A stretch of 64,000 nucleotides of DNA from Candidatus Nanohalococcus occultus (GTDB taxonomy: Archaea; Nanohalarchaeota; Nanosalinia; Nanosalinales; Nanosalinaceae). Positions 17,587 through 28,070 of this stretch are shown here, piece after piece (the stretch's first letter is position 1; each line of letters begins with the position of its first letter). The notes beneath the pieces are model-generated. The model was not told the DNA's origin. It was given only the letters and a program-made list of their open reading frames with translations, and did not search any database. The position numbers and the translations under genes were made by a program. The DNA is taken from NCBI RefSeq assembly GCF_029207735.1, contig NZ_CP104395.1:414692-478691 (forward strand), in the 5' to 3' direction.

Positions 17587-17787
17587 TTAAGCTGTAATCT
17601 TCCGTTTCCAGTCTCCTTCTACAGAGCTGTCGTTCTGTACGGCTTCTTCGTCGCCGCCAAGTTCGCGCTCGTATTCTGAGATACATTTCGAACACTTGTT
17701 CATTCCCTGGTGTTCTTTCATCTCTATATCGATACCGAACTCTTCTTCGAGCTCCTGTTTATCCCTGCCACATACTTTGCATTTCAT
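17587..17787 (-). CDS. Small zinc-ribbon protein
   Basis: CKVCG...CSKC pairs; 66 aa. Confidence 0.4.
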   Translation of the reverse strand: MKCKVCGRDKQELEEEFGIDIEMKEHQGMNKCSKCISEYERELGGDEEAVQNDSSVEGDWKRKITA

Positions 17788-17870
17788 GTGCTACTTGTTG
17801 GAAGTGGATAACAATCCTTTTAAAGCTTTTTCCTGTCCGTCTGAATCTCTGATAGTTTGCTTTTCAGTCC

Positions 17871-19010
17871 TTAGAGAAGCTCTGGGACGGTATCGCCGGG
17901 TATCGGATTCAGGTCTGCTGACTCGTTTTCCCTGGCATCCAGTGAATCCTGCCGTTCGTTGCCGGATGAATCCCTGCTACCGCCTGTGCCAGCGGTTCTC
18001 ACAAGATCGCACTGTCCGAAACTACTTGTTGAGTTCTGCCCATCCACAAAAATCCCTGTCTGGACGTTGAAACCGCAGCTCGCGGTCGGGATTTTGAAGG
18101 AAACTCCGTTAAGCTCGAAGACTAAAAACAGATCTATCTGGCCTCCTGAGCGTTCTCCGTCTTTGATGTGTTCTACCAGCCAGTTATCGATTTTCTGGTT
18201 GTCGATGCTTGCTTTGAACTCCAGTGTCTCGGTCTCCCCGGGATCTATCCTGGTCTTGTCCAGGGAACGGATAGGTCCGGATGTGATGTTTGCTAGGTCA
18301 ACGTCGTTAAGGCTTATAGCTCCGCTTAAACGAGGAGTAGGTACTGGGTACGGGTTAGGGTTTTCTATTTCTGCCTCTGCGTTTATCGTGGTTCTTTCTT
18401 TCGTTACTTTTCCGAACTCTGCTGAACCTCCTTTGACCTTTATTTCGGTTCCTGTGCCTTCGATGCCTGCGATATCCGGGCCGGAGTAGTTGCCTTCCAT
18501 GCTTTTCATGGCTTTGTCCAGGGTTGATTCCAGGTCAGTGTTGATACTGGTTGAGTAGCTGATCCCGTTTAACCGCAAAGGAAGACCAAAGATTCGTCTA
18601 CGTACACTGAAATCAATCTTGACATTTGTCTGTTCATCGTTTCTAATGTGAGATATCCACCACTGCGGGATTTTCTGCTGGTAAAGGTAGGATTCGATCT
18701 TCAGGCTTTGATTCCCTTCCCTTATAGCAATACCTTTCTTCAGACCTTCTGCCAGCCTGATACCGTTCATGTTTAACTTGTATTTTACCTCAAGTCGGGA
18801 GAGGTTGAAGCTGACGGGATTATCATTTTCTATCCCGGCCGTCGATTCGATCCCTATGCGTTCGTCAGATACCTCGGTCCAGTCTCCACGGTCCTCTACT
18901 CCGAACTCCGGAACCGAGATTATACCTGCCTGGTAAGCCGCAAAACCGGAACCCGATAAAGCAGTTAAAATAACTAGAAACGCCTTGGCCTTGAAGCTGA
19001 TCATACCCAC
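17871..19010 (-). CDS. Secreted/membrane-anchored protein with two internally repeated domains
   Basis: N-terminal anchor; repeats KIPQWWISHIRNDEQTNVKIDFSV and KIDNWLVEHIKDGERSGGQIDLFLVF suggest tandem LEA_2/WHy-like domains. The name is tentative. Confidence 0.45.
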   Translation of the reverse strand: MGMISFKAKAFLVILTALSGSGFAAYQAGIISVPEFGVEDRGDWTEVSDERIGIESTAGIENDNPVSFNLSRLEVKYKLNMNGIRLAEGLKKGIAIREGNQSLKIESYLYQQKIPQWWISHIRNDEQTNVKIDFSVRRRIFGLPLRLNGISYSTSINTDLESTLDKAMKSMEGNYSGPDIAGIEGTGTEIKVKGGSAEFGKVTKERTTINAEAEIENPNPYPVPTPRLSGAISLNDVDLANITSGPIRSLDKTRIDPGETETLEFKASIDNQKIDNWLVEHIKDGERSGGQIDLFLVFELNGVSFKIPTASCGFNVQTGIFVDGQNSTSSFGQCDLVRTAGTGGSRDSSGNERQDSLDARENESADLNPIPGDTVPELL

Positions 19011-19176
19011 GTTTTACTTCCAAGTGTTTAACTCACTATGGATCGCTACAGTCACGGATGAACCCGCAGTTATCACAGATTAGCTCACATGCTACATGTT
19101 TCCGCATCGATCCACCACAGTTCCAACAGTTAAACATCGAGTTAGCTCCAGTTTCTTCGCTGCCGGATACCGCCAC

Positions 19177-19482
19177 TTAGTACCACTCTGGTTCAGATAT
19201 CTTGATATCGCCGTAGACCTTTACCTGACAAGACAAGCGGAAAGGCCCTTCTAGAACTTCATCGCCCTTGAACCGCCGCAAAGTGTTTTTCTCACTTTCC
19301 TCCATCTCCGAGAGGTTATCCATTCCTTCCTCAACCTTTACACGACAGGTTGTACAGTTACAGAAGCCTCCACAGGCATGCATCCATTCGACGCCGCCGT
19401 GAAGCATAGCCTGGAGGATAGTCTGTCCGTCCTCGGCTTCGACTTCGGTATCGCGGTCGATGATCTCTATCTTGTGTGCCAC
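19177..19482 (-). CDS. 2Fe-2S ferredoxin (adrenodoxin type)
   Basis: CGGFCNCTTC plus distal C in RLSCQV; 101 aa. Confidence 0.75.
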   Translation of the reverse strand: MAHKIEIIDRDTEVEAEDGQTILQAMLHGGVEWMHACGGFCNCTTCRVKVEEGMDNLSEMEESEKNTLRRFKGDEVLEGPFRLSCQVKVYGDIKISEPEWY

Positions 19483-20676
19483 TTAGACCACCATCGCACC
19501 GATCGATAGGGCGAGAGTTCCTAGTACTACCGCCCAGCCTATCAGTGAGAACGTGTTGACGTAATCGATCCAGTCCTCATTGAAGTGGCCTGCGATGGTC
19601 TCAAGCATGACTCCTCCGTCCAGAGGTTTGAACGGAAGCATGTTGAACAGTCCGATCAGCAGGTTCAACAGTGAGACGGTGTAAAGCAGCGAGATCATCC
19701 ACTGGATGAATCCTTTATTGGCCTCGTATTCGTCTTTTACGACCGTGTTTTGACCGTATCTTACTCCGAGATGTCCTCCTTCCGAGTCCGGAGATTCTCC
19801 GGCGTTAAACGTGAAATTGCCCTCCGAAGACCAGATGGTCACCGACTCGTTGACTTCAATTCCTTGGGCTGCCGCACCCACATCATCCAAGTTCTCGATG
19901 TCCTGGCCCTGGATCTGAATGAACGTGCCGTTGTTCATGCCAGCCGCGGCTGCCGAGTGACCGTCTTCGGCTATGTAAACTACATCGGATGGAGCTGTTG
20001 TCGCACCCATGAAACCTATGTATGCGAGTATGAACAGTCCTGCTGTCAGGTAGTTCGCGAAGCTTCCGGCGCCAAGTACTTGTAGGCGTTGTTTCCAGTT
20101 GCCTTGCTCCCACATTCCCTTGGTATCGTCCTGGTTGGCTTTATCGCCGGGAAGCATGTTCTCTCCTTTAGGCTCTACGAAAGCACCGGGGATGAATCCC
20201 ATGATAACCCAGCCAACGGAGTTAAGCTCGAAGTCGTTCGCTCGTGCGACAATTCCATGGCTCATCTCGTGTACAACCATCAAGACTGCGATACTAACCA
20301 GCCAGTACTCGATAGGTATGAAAGAGACTCCTGACTGGATAGTGGCCTCGCTCTGTAGACCTGGAAGCAAAAGCGAAGGCCCGTTTTCCACAGAACTGGT
20401 CTTTACCATATCAAAGATAGTGTAGCCGAACAGTACGGTTCCAACTATCATGGATAGGATGCCTGTTCCGACTCCTGCCCATCCGTAGGCACGCCAGAAC
20501 CGTTTTGACTTCTGAGCGATGCTATCGATCAGGTCTATCCCGCGCTCTGTGCGTCTGTAAAATAGGATGTGTTGTCTCTCGATTTTCTTCCTGTCAAGGT
20601 ACAGGAACAGTGTTAGCGCACCGAGGAAAACCAGTGCGAATATTTCTCTTGGCGTAAGTTCCAGGCCTGGAATCAT
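19483..20676 (-). CDS. Site-2 protease (M50 family) membrane metalloprotease
   Basis: HEMSHGIVAR (HExxH), later LPFKPLDGG motif; multiple TM helices. Confidence 0.75.
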   Translation of the reverse strand: MIPGLELTPREIFALVFLGALTLFLYLDRKKIERQHILFYRRTERGIDLIDSIAQKSKRFWRAYGWAGVGTGILSMIVGTVLFGYTIFDMVKTSSVENGPSLLLPGLQSEATIQSGVSFIPIEYWLVSIAVLMVVHEMSHGIVARANDFELNSVGWVIMGFIPGAFVEPKGENMLPGDKANQDDTKGMWEQGNWKQRLQVLGAGSFANYLTAGLFILAYIGFMGATTAPSDVVYIAEDGHSAAAAGMNNGTFIQIQGQDIENLDDVGAAAQGIEVNESVTIWSSEGNFTFNAGESPDSEGGHLGVRYGQNTVVKDEYEANKGFIQWMISLLYTVSLLNLLIGLFNMLPFKPLDGGVMLETIAGHFNEDWIDYVNTFSLIGWAVVLGTLALSIGAMVV

Positions 20677-20831
20677 GTAACCGAATCAGGGTTGGAGGCT
20701 TAAAAACAGGATGCTATCTTATCTGAGAATTATAAGACTGTAGAGGGATTATGCGATTATATGAGTCAAACACTTCTCTGGACACGAAAACATCAAAATG
20801 TTTTCTTAGCACAAAACCGCGGTGATCTTCT

Positions 20832-22430
20832 ATGAGCGATCAACCGCTGTTTTGGAGTGACCAGCTGGCATTCGGAGTCACAAGAAAATTCGAAGATCAA
20901 GAAGAGTACGTAGTTGCCTCAGGTATCTCTCCGTCGGGAATAGTACACGCAGGTAACTTTCGTGAAATAATTACTACTGACTTCGTAGCCAAGTCCTTGA
21001 AGGAACGCGGAGAGAAAGTCCGTTTCATATACTCGTGGGACGATTACGACCGTTTCCGGAAAGTCCCTTCCAACGTACCAGACGAGTGGGAACAGTACCT
21101 CGGGCTTCCACTATCGGATGTGCCTGACCCGGAAGGTTGCCACGATAGCTATGCCGGACACTTCGAAGCACAGCTAGAAGAGGAACTCGAAGACCTTCAC
21201 ATCGAAGCGGAGTTCATCCGACAGAACCAGATGTTCAAAGCCTCGAAGTACGCCGAGCTGATCAAGAAAGCGATGAACAGCCGGGAAACGATCCGGGAGA
21301 TACTTGACAAGTACAGGAAAGAACCGCTTGAAGACGGATGGTGGCCTCTCAGAGTCTACTGTACAGAATGCGGTAAAGACTACACCGAGATCGAAGATTA
21401 CGACGGCGAGTACAGAATAGAGTACTACTGTAAGGAATGTGAGGAAGATCAGACCGTTGATTTCAAGGAAAACGATTCGGTTAAACCGTCCTGGAGAATT
21501 GACTGGCCGATGCGCTGGCATTATGAAGGCGTAGACTTCGAGCCGGCAGGCAAAGAACACTCTGCGGCAGGAGGCTCACGCGATACCGCCAACGAGATAG
21601 TTCGCGAAGTTTATGGGGACGAACCGCCGGTCCATCAGATGTATGAGTTCGTAACCAAGGACGGGGCGAAGATCTCTTCCAGCAGCGGAGAGGACGTATT
21701 CACGATCTCCGAGCTGAAGAAAATCTACACTCCGGGAATGATCAGATTCCTTTTCTCGAATACCAAGCCGAACAAGGCCTTCGAGATACCTTTCGAATCT
21801 GAAGAGGTATTCCAGCGGTACGATAAGTTCGATACAATCGAGGAAACCTATTACAACCCGGATAACCTGGAAAACGAGAAAAAGAGAGAACACTGGAAAC
21901 GGGTCTACGAGATGGCGATGGTGGAGGTACCTGAAACCCAGCCTGTAAGAGTTCCTTTCCAGCACGCATCCTTTATCGCACAGACCGTTCCGGAAGATGA
22001 ATGGGAAGGTAAGGCAATTGAGTCCTTGAAACGAACAGGTCACGTACCGGAAGATATCGATGAAGAGGGCATCGAGCAGGTTCTCACCCGACTCGAGAAG
22101 GCAAAGACATGGGCCAGAGACTATGCGCCTGATGAGTACGTCTATAAGATAAACAAGGAGCTGCCAGCCGAGATCATCGAGGATCTAACCGAGGATGAAA
22201 AGGAAGCTGTAACTCTCTTGGCCGAAAAACTCGAGGAAGCCGAGTTCGATCAAGATGAGCTTGACGGTGAGATCTTCAACGTCCGTGATGAATCCGCATT
22301 GGATACCGGAGAGTTTTTCACAGCCTGTTACAAGGTACTGATCGGACGGGATCAAGGCCCAAGGCTTTCCCGACTGATTCTATCGATCGGACAGGATCAG
22401 TCCCGAAAAATCCTAGAGCAGGCAAACTAG
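20832..22430 (+). CDS. lysK: Lysyl-tRNA synthetase, class I
   Basis: HAGNFRE (HIGH variant), KISSSSG (KMSKS variant), Cys-rich insertion CTECGK...CKECEE; 532 aa. Confidence 0.85.
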   Translation: MSDQPLFWSDQLAFGVTRKFEDQEEYVVASGISPSGIVHAGNFREIITTDFVAKSLKERGEKVRFIYSWDDYDRFRKVPSNVPDEWEQYLGLPLSDVPDPEGCHDSYAGHFEAQLEEELEDLHIEAEFIRQNQMFKASKYAELIKKAMNSRETIREILDKYRKEPLEDGWWPLRVYCTECGKDYTEIEDYDGEYRIEYYCKECEEDQTVDFKENDSVKPSWRIDWPMRWHYEGVDFEPAGKEHSAAGGSRDTANEIVREVYGDEPPVHQMYEFVTKDGAKISSSSGEDVFTISELKKIYTPGMIRFLFSNTKPNKAFEIPFESEEVFQRYDKFDTIEETYYNPDNLENEKKREHWKRVYEMAMVEVPETQPVRVPFQHASFIAQTVPEDEWEGKAIESLKRTGHVPEDIDEEGIEQVLTRLEKAKTWARDYAPDEYVYKINKELPAEIIEDLTEDEKEAVTLLAEKLEEAEFDQDELDGEIFNVRDESALDTGEFFTACYKVLIGRDQGPRLSRLILSIGQDQSRKILEQAN

Positions 22431-22467
22431 GAGTTCAGGGGTCTTAACCTCTGTAAAAGGTTTTGAA

Positions 22468-23127
22468 ATGGAAAAGAAAAACGATTACTCGGCCGCTAGA
22501 AAACAGACGGAGAAAGGATTCCGCTGGGTAGCAGCGCAGTTCTGTGTTCTTCTAGGATTAGTTTTTGCTTTCCAGGTGTTTTCAGGTTTCGATCCCGGAT
22601 TCAACGCCTCCAGCTCTCCTTGGTGGAGGTTTTTCACCTCTTTTTTCGGCCACAGCGGCCCAGAGCATCTTTTGAACAACGTGTTTTTCCTAGCGCTCTT
22701 CGGTTCTATCTACGAGCGTTTAAGCAGCGGGAAAACCTTCCTAGTAACTTTTCTGGTATCAGCGATCTTTGCGAACCTAACGGCTTTCATATTCTTCCCG
22801 GAAACCAGTATTATCGGTGCTTCCGGAGGCGCCTTCGGCATACTGACTGCTCTGGCGGTATACGAGCCTCGTAGAATCGGTCTGGCTCTGGGAGTGCCGA
22901 TGCCGATGTGGGCTACGCTGGCAGTTTATACTTTGATCCAGTTTGCCGGTCTCACTGCTACAGGTGGCTCGACAGCTTTCGAAGCACACATTTTCGGGAT
23001 GCTGGCAGGCGCACCGATCGGATACATGCTTAGATCCAGTGGAAAGGAAGAGTTGGAACAACAAGAGCTTGAAGAGGACTCTTGGCAGGAGCGGATAAGT
23101 AAATGGGAAGAAAAATGGATGCTATAA
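22468..23127 (+). CDS. Rhomboid family intramembrane serine protease
   Basis: GASGGAFG (GxSG) and AHIFGMLAG (catalytic His) in TM helices. Confidence 0.7.
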   Translation: MEKKNDYSAARKQTEKGFRWVAAQFCVLLGLVFAFQVFSGFDPGFNASSSPWWRFFTSFFGHSGPEHLLNNVFFLALFGSIYERLSSGKTFLVTFLVSAIFANLTAFIFFPETSIIGASGGAFGILTALAVYEPRRIGLALGVPMPMWATLAVYTLIQFAGLTATGGSTAFEAHIFGMLAGAPIGYMLRSSGKEELEQQELEEDSWQERISKWEEKWML

Positions 23128-23131
23128 GTTT

Positions 23132-24244
23132 TTAGAAGATAACTGAGGCTATGTAGCCGGCTGAGAGGAACGTTGCGGTCGCGCTCCCAATAGATACTAT
23201 CACGAAGGTCAAAAGCACTCGGCCTGCTTGGTTTTCCCATAGTTCGCTGTATTCTGTTGCCTTAGATAGCTCTTCGAGTTCTCCTACGGTGGGAGGGTAA
23301 AACTTGGCTTCAGCGTAGGCTGCTACCATTCCTGCGCCTAACGCAGGGTCCAAAGAGGTCAGTGGCGCGGCTATAAATGCTATTAGCCAAGTTAGTGGAT
23401 GGCTTCTTGCTATTATTGCTCCTAGTGCGGCAAGCGTTCCATTAAGACCTATCCAGACACCGGTTGCTTTCGCACCGGCGCCCATACCGATCTTCCAGAA
23501 GCTGTAACCTAGTCCGGCGAGAATGAAGGCAGGTATGGCATAGGTGGCAATTTTGAACCACGGGAAGTTTTCGGGATCGGTGTAAGTGGTTCGAACCTCT
23601 GCTTTCAGCTCATCCATCAGGCCCTCTACGTGTGCGGCTCCGACAACTACAACAGCTTTGTTAAAGTCTTTTTCAAGTATCTTGTTTGCCATGTAGCTGT
23701 TTCTCTCGTAAAGGAAGGTTTCTGCGAGGGAGGGATACTCTTCGCCGAGTTCTTCTACCAGCTTGTTGATTATATCGTCTTGAAGCAGGTCTTGACCTTC
23801 AATGCTTTCCGATCCGATCACCAGGGATGCGGCGAGCTTTAATTTTTCCTTTACAGTTAGCTTGTCTCTTGCTCGCTGGAAAGTAGTGTTTATATCTTGG
23901 TCTATAAGCTCTAAGTCTATGTCTCTGTCTTCTGCTAGCTCTGCTGCTTTCAGCATCTCTTTTCCGGGCATTGAGTTCCCTGCTTTCCGCTGGAAGATCG
24001 ATAGAATCAGTCGGAAGAGTAATAGAAATCCTTTCCCGTTTTTTACAGCGTCGGCTACATCGAGGTCTTTCCAGCCTGAATCGCCTTTCAGTGCGTTGTA
24101 TCTGTCTTGGTCTAGTTCGACGCCGACGAAGTCTGGCTGTACTTCTGCTATTGCTTTCTCTACTTCTTGTATGCTTCCTTCCGCTACGTGGGATGTGCCT
24201 ACTATCTCGATCTCACGGTTTTCTAATGCTACTTTCTTCCGCAC
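23132..24244 (-). CDS. TraB/PrgY/GumN family protein with C-terminal TM helices
   Basis: N-terminal IEIVGTSHVAEGS...PDFVGVELDQDR signature of the TraB family. Confidence 0.7.
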   Translation of the reverse strand: MRKKVALENREIEIVGTSHVAEGSIQEVEKAIAEVQPDFVGVELDQDRYNALKGDSGWKDLDVADAVKNGKGFLLLFRLILSIFQRKAGNSMPGKEMLKAAELAEDRDIDLELIDQDINTTFQRARDKLTVKEKLKLAASLVIGSESIEGQDLLQDDIINKLVEELGEEYPSLAETFLYERNSYMANKILEKDFNKAVVVVGAAHVEGLMDELKAEVRTTYTDPENFPWFKIATYAIPAFILAGLGYSFWKIGMGAGAKATGVWIGLNGTLAALGAIIARSHPLTWLIAFIAAPLTSLDPALGAGMVAAYAEAKFYPPTVGELEELSKATEYSELWENQAGRVLLTFVIVSIGSATATFLSAGYIASVIF

Positions 24245-24516
24245 GTCAAGTATCTATGTTCGAGATTTAATAACCGGTCTGTCTAGTTTGACTCGTATAC
24301 CGGTCTGACGTAGGTTTCTCTCCACGGAAACAGTGTAGACTGGCTGACATACTCCGATAGCTGTTTTAGCTCCGATGAATCTATCATACTGGTTTCCCCC
24401 CACCAGTGTTTTCCCGCCGGCGATATATAAGAAAGACTCCGATAGTTCACAACCGGATCAACATATATGATATAGAAAAATAATTTGGAGAGGGACCGGG
24501 TTCTCACCGGTCTATT

Positions 24517-25731
24517 TTACAGCCCTAGCCTTTCTCTGAACAGGAATGCTGCGCCTCCAAGAACGATCAGAACTCCGAGTCCCGCATACTGTAGAGGGAT
24601 TCCGGAGGACGATGAGCTTGAAGCTGAAACATCGACCTGGAGCGTTGTGTCTTCGACGAAGACCTCTGTTCCGTGGGTTCCACGGAGTTCGAAGTCAAGC
24701 AGGTAGTCTTTCGCGGTCGCTCCGCTTTCGGCATCAACCTGGAAGACGGCTGTGCCGGTCTGTCCGGGTTCAAGCGTTCCGATGTACTCGCTTGAAGAAT
24801 CAAAGCTGAACGGTAGATCGCTGTTGTCCAGAAGTCTGATCCGTGTTGAGCTTGATTCTACGGAACCGGTGTTTTCTATCTCGGCAGTTATCGTACCTGA
24901 ACCGGCTACCGTCAGATCCGAACTCATACTTACCACTTCGTACTGTGGCTTGCCCTCGAGGTAGGTGCTGAAACTCACCTCTTTTTCGATCGTACCGGCA
25001 TCATCACCTGTCGAGTAACTGACTGCGCCAGGGACCTCTATCTCGCCGCTGGTTGCGTTCTCACTGATATCGAAGTTGAACGTCGCAGACTTTGTCTCTC
25101 CCGCAGGAAGATTTCCAAGAGACTGTCTGGAGGAGAAACTGCTTCGTTCCTCGAATACGTCCGGGAAATCAAGGTTGAGTACAACGTTTTCCGCTGTCTT
25201 CTCTCCCTGATTTACTAACTCCACGGTCATCTGATTGTCCTCGGTATCAGGCATAAGTGTTGCCGGAGAGGTCTGTAGATTTGCGAGACTTAGATCGACG
25301 TCACTGCTCTGAACGTTTACAGGGACGTTCCGTGTAATCGATACATCTGACTGGGTCTGAATCTCGGCCTGAAGGTTGCTCTCTCCGTCAGGAGCGTTGT
25401 CAGCAACCAGTACATTGGTTGTGATGTAGTACTCCTCGCCCGGGGTCACCGTTCCGAGATCGTAGGTACGTTGCTCGTCAGGTTCAAGCTCGAAAGGAAA
25501 ACTGTCCTGAACTGTTACCTGAACGTCTTGAGCTTCAACGCTTCCGCGGTGAACTACTTTGAAGGTTATCTGTGCGTCTTCACCTGATTGAACAGGCACT
25601 GGATCGGTGTTAAGAAGAACCGTGTCCAGATTTACAGTAGCTCTGCTACTGGTTTGTTGTGTTTGGGCCATTGCTGGACTTGCCAGCAGTATGGCTGTGA
25701 TTCCTAATAAGAATAGTTGTTTGTTGTTCAT
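24517..25731 (-). CDS. Cell-surface protein with CARDB-like repeats and C-terminal TM anchor
   Basis: Signal peptide; about three repeats of roughly 100 aa (e.g. DVSITRNVPVNV...MTVELVNQGEKTAENVVLNLDF); C-terminal LGVLIVLGGAAFLF; ATGA start/stop coupling to the upstream gene. Confidence 0.55.
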   Translation of the reverse strand: MNNKQLFLLGITAILLASPAMAQTQQTSSRATVNLDTVLLNTDPVPVQSGEDAQITFKVVHRGSVEAQDVQVTVQDSFPFELEPDEQRTYDLGTVTPGEEYYITTNVLVADNAPDGESNLQAEIQTQSDVSITRNVPVNVQSSDVDLSLANLQTSPATLMPDTEDNQMTVELVNQGEKTAENVVLNLDFPDVFEERSSFSSRQSLGNLPAGETKSATFNFDISENATSGEIEVPGAVSYSTGDDAGTIEKEVSFSTYLEGKPQYEVVSMSSDLTVAGSGTITAEIENTGSVESSSTRIRLLDNSDLPFSFDSSSEYIGTLEPGQTGTAVFQVDAESGATAKDYLLDFELRGTHGTEVFVEDTTLQVDVSASSSSSSGIPLQYAGLGVLIVLGGAAFLFRERLGL

Positions 25732-26939
25732 TGTTGATTGTCACCTTTAATATTAATTTCTGGGATCTTCAGCCCGCGGCCGTTATCTCCCGTAAAGTAC
25801 CGATCGTAAAGCACCAGGGAGGACGGTATAACGGTGAAAGCTGAGACGTAAGCAAGAGTAGTTGTAAGTGTTAGTAGCACGCCGAGATCTGAGAGGAATG
25901 TAACTCTTCCAACGCTGAGAGACATAAACCCTATGTTTGCCGCGATCAATCCGATCGTCATAGGTGTTATAACGCCCTGTATGGTCTCTGAGACCGATTT
26001 CTTTATATCCAGGTTTTCTCTTTCCTCTATGTAACGTGATATTGGCTGTATTCCGAAGTCTATGGCAACTCCTATGCCCATGGTCAGCGCTCCGGATGTA
26101 GCCGGACTCATGTTAAGCCCTAGCCATCCGAAAAGCCCGAAACCTGCTACAACTCCGAATATCAGAGTCAGCAAAGAGTTGAGGCCGTAGAAAATCGAGC
26201 GGAACAGAATAATTACGGTCAGAGTTACACCTAAAAGTGCTACAATACCGGTTAAACTCATTGTCTGCTGTGTCTGAGCCTGGAAGGCTTCGTCAATGTA
26301 TGGAGAGCCAGTATAACTCATTTCAAGTCCGGCAGGTCGTTCCTTTGTCTCGACAGCCTGTCTGATTACCTGTGCCATCTCCATCTGTTCATCGGTGTTC
26401 AATCCAACGGTCGAGACCTGTATCTGAGCGTACTGATAGTCTGTGGATATCTGACCGCTCCAACGGCTTTCCCCAAGCGTTTCCAGTGTGTCTTCCACTC
26501 CTCTCTGGCTGGATGGTATGTCTGCGAAAAGACTTGAGGGACTTGAGACTGTTGATACCTTATCCATCGACCGCAAGTCGTTTGAAACCGTCTCCATGTA
26601 CCTCAATGCCTTAGGATCTCTCAAATCCCGTACCTCGGTGGAGTTAGGGTGGCTTGGATCTGCTTCAACAAGTATGGTATAAGAGGTACCTCCTGCGGTT
26701 CCGGAAAACTCTGCGTTTATGACTTCGAATGCGGCGATGGAAGGCATTGAATCCGGTAGAAGATCTTCCTGACCTTGCTGTTCGGTCTGCACTCTTGAGG
26801 CTCCGGCAGCTATAATGCCTGTGATTATCATGGCGACTAAAAGCACGGTTCCTGGTCTGTTTGACAGTGTTTCTGCGTATTTCCTGATTCCGTTCTCTAG
26901 TTTGCCGTTCATTTGTTTTCTCCTCGTTTTAGCTCCCAT
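25728..26939 (-). CDS. RND-superfamily (MMPL/COG1033-like) exporter, second half-transporter
   Basis: One large extracytoplasmic loop plus about 6 TM helices. A likely true start at Met10 (26912) gives an ATGA overlap with the upstream half. Confidence 0.6.
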   Translation of the reverse strand: MGAKTRRKQMNGKLENGIRKYAETLSNRPGTVLLVAMIITGIIAAGASRVQTEQQGQEDLLPDSMPSIAAFEVINAEFSGTAGGTSYTILVEADPSHPNSTEVRDLRDPKALRYMETVSNDLRSMDKVSTVSSPSSLFADIPSSQRGVEDTLETLGESRWSGQISTDYQYAQIQVSTVGLNTDEQMEMAQVIRQAVETKERPAGLEMSYTGSPYIDEAFQAQTQQTMSLTGIVALLGVTLTVIILFRSIFYGLNSLLTLIFGVVAGFGLFGWLGLNMSPATSGALTMGIGVAIDFGIQPISRYIEERENLDIKKSVSETIQGVITPMTIGLIAANIGFMSLSVGRVTFLSDLGVLLTLTTTLAYVSAFTVIPSSLVLYDRYFTGDNGRGLKIPEINIKGDNQQ

Positions 26940-28015
26940 CTTTCGTATTTTACGATAAGCGCCGGTGTCAGAACAAGTGCGGCGATCAGCGTCAGCCCTT
27001 CTCCCAGTGCCAGTGTTATCCCTAGGTCTCGCATGAAGGAGATTGAAGCCAACAGTAAGGCCAGGAAACCAACCAGGTCGGTAGTTGAAGATCCTAGAAC
27101 CGCCTTCCCTGTGTTAGGCACAGCCTTCATTATGCCGTCTTCTATGCCGTTTTTCTCTGTCTCCTCGACTATTCGTTCTGCGATGAATGAGCCGTACTCA
27201 ACTCCGAGGCCAAGAAGCATTGAGCCGAGTGCGATCGTCGCAATGGTCAAAGGTATGTTCAAAAGACCCATTGCGCCAAGAGTCCAGATCAGACCCATGA
27301 AAAGCGGTGCGAAAGTCGCTGGACCGTACGCAAAGCCTCTTGTAAGAATCAAAAGTCCGAGTATAAGTGCTGAGGCAATTGCGATTATGGTTACGGTGTC
27401 GTTTATCAGTACGTCGGAAAGAGAGTTACGCATTACCGGAGTGCCGGTTGGCTGGATCTCTACGCCCGGATACCGGGGTGATTCATCAATATTCTGGTTA
27501 ATTATCTGTGTAGCTTCTCTGATGTTCTCCTCGTTCATATCTCCACGGAGCTGTACGAACATAGTTGTCGCAGTGTAATCTCTGTTGGCAAAACCGGCAT
27601 CTGTCCTCGAGAGAGTAGCTTTAACCTCTTCTTTGGATTCCGGATTGTCTTCGAACAGTGAAGCCATCGAGTTAACTGAGGAAATCTCGGGTTCGCTCTG
27701 AAGCTCTGAGGTCAGAAAGTTCAACGTACGTATCATACGTGGATCACGTACATCAGTCACGTAGGATTCTTCCTTGGCGTTATCCGTCGTCTGGAAAAGC
27801 ACTATTATAGAATCTGAGTTCCCGAAGTTTGCTTGAATAGTATCCTGTGTCTGTATAGGATCTATAGAATCAGGAAGGCTTGACTGGAAGTCTGTCTGGA
27901 GCTGGATGCTGGGTATTCCTGTCGCAAGCACAGCCGTCAGCAAAACACAGCCTATGATTAGTTCATCTGTATAATCTAGCTGAGATCTTGCGAGAATATC
28001 CAGTGGTGACTTCAT
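26909..28015 (-). CDS. RND-superfamily (MMPL/COG1033-like) exporter, first half-transporter
   Basis: TM1, about 170-aa loop, then 5 TM helices (SSD-like); 368 aa. Confidence 0.6.
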   Translation of the reverse strand: MKSPLDILARSQLDYTDELIIGCVLLTAVLATGIPSIQLQTDFQSSLPDSIDPIQTQDTIQANFGNSDSIIVLFQTTDNAKEESYVTDVRDPRMIRTLNFLTSELQSEPEISSVNSMASLFEDNPESKEEVKATLSRTDAGFANRDYTATTMFVQLRGDMNEENIREATQIINQNIDESPRYPGVEIQPTGTPVMRNSLSDVLINDTVTIIAIASALILGLLILTRGFAYGPATFAPLFMGLIWTLGAMGLLNIPLTIATIALGSMLLGLGVEYGSFIAERIVEETEKNGIEDGIMKAVPNTGKAVLGSSTTDLVGFLALLLASISFMRDLGITLALGEGLTLIAALVLTPALIVKYERWELKRGENK

Positions 28016-28070
28016 ACATCTACTGTTCGGTGACCCAATACTTATAAGCTGAACGAACGTTCAGTCAGTT

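Noticed and set aside
21174-22043. Minus-strand ORFs inside lysK; similar antisense ORFs inside glmS, mrpA/D, pyk and RND genes
   Set aside because: Antisense to strongly supported genes, with unusual composition. Typical shadow ORFs.
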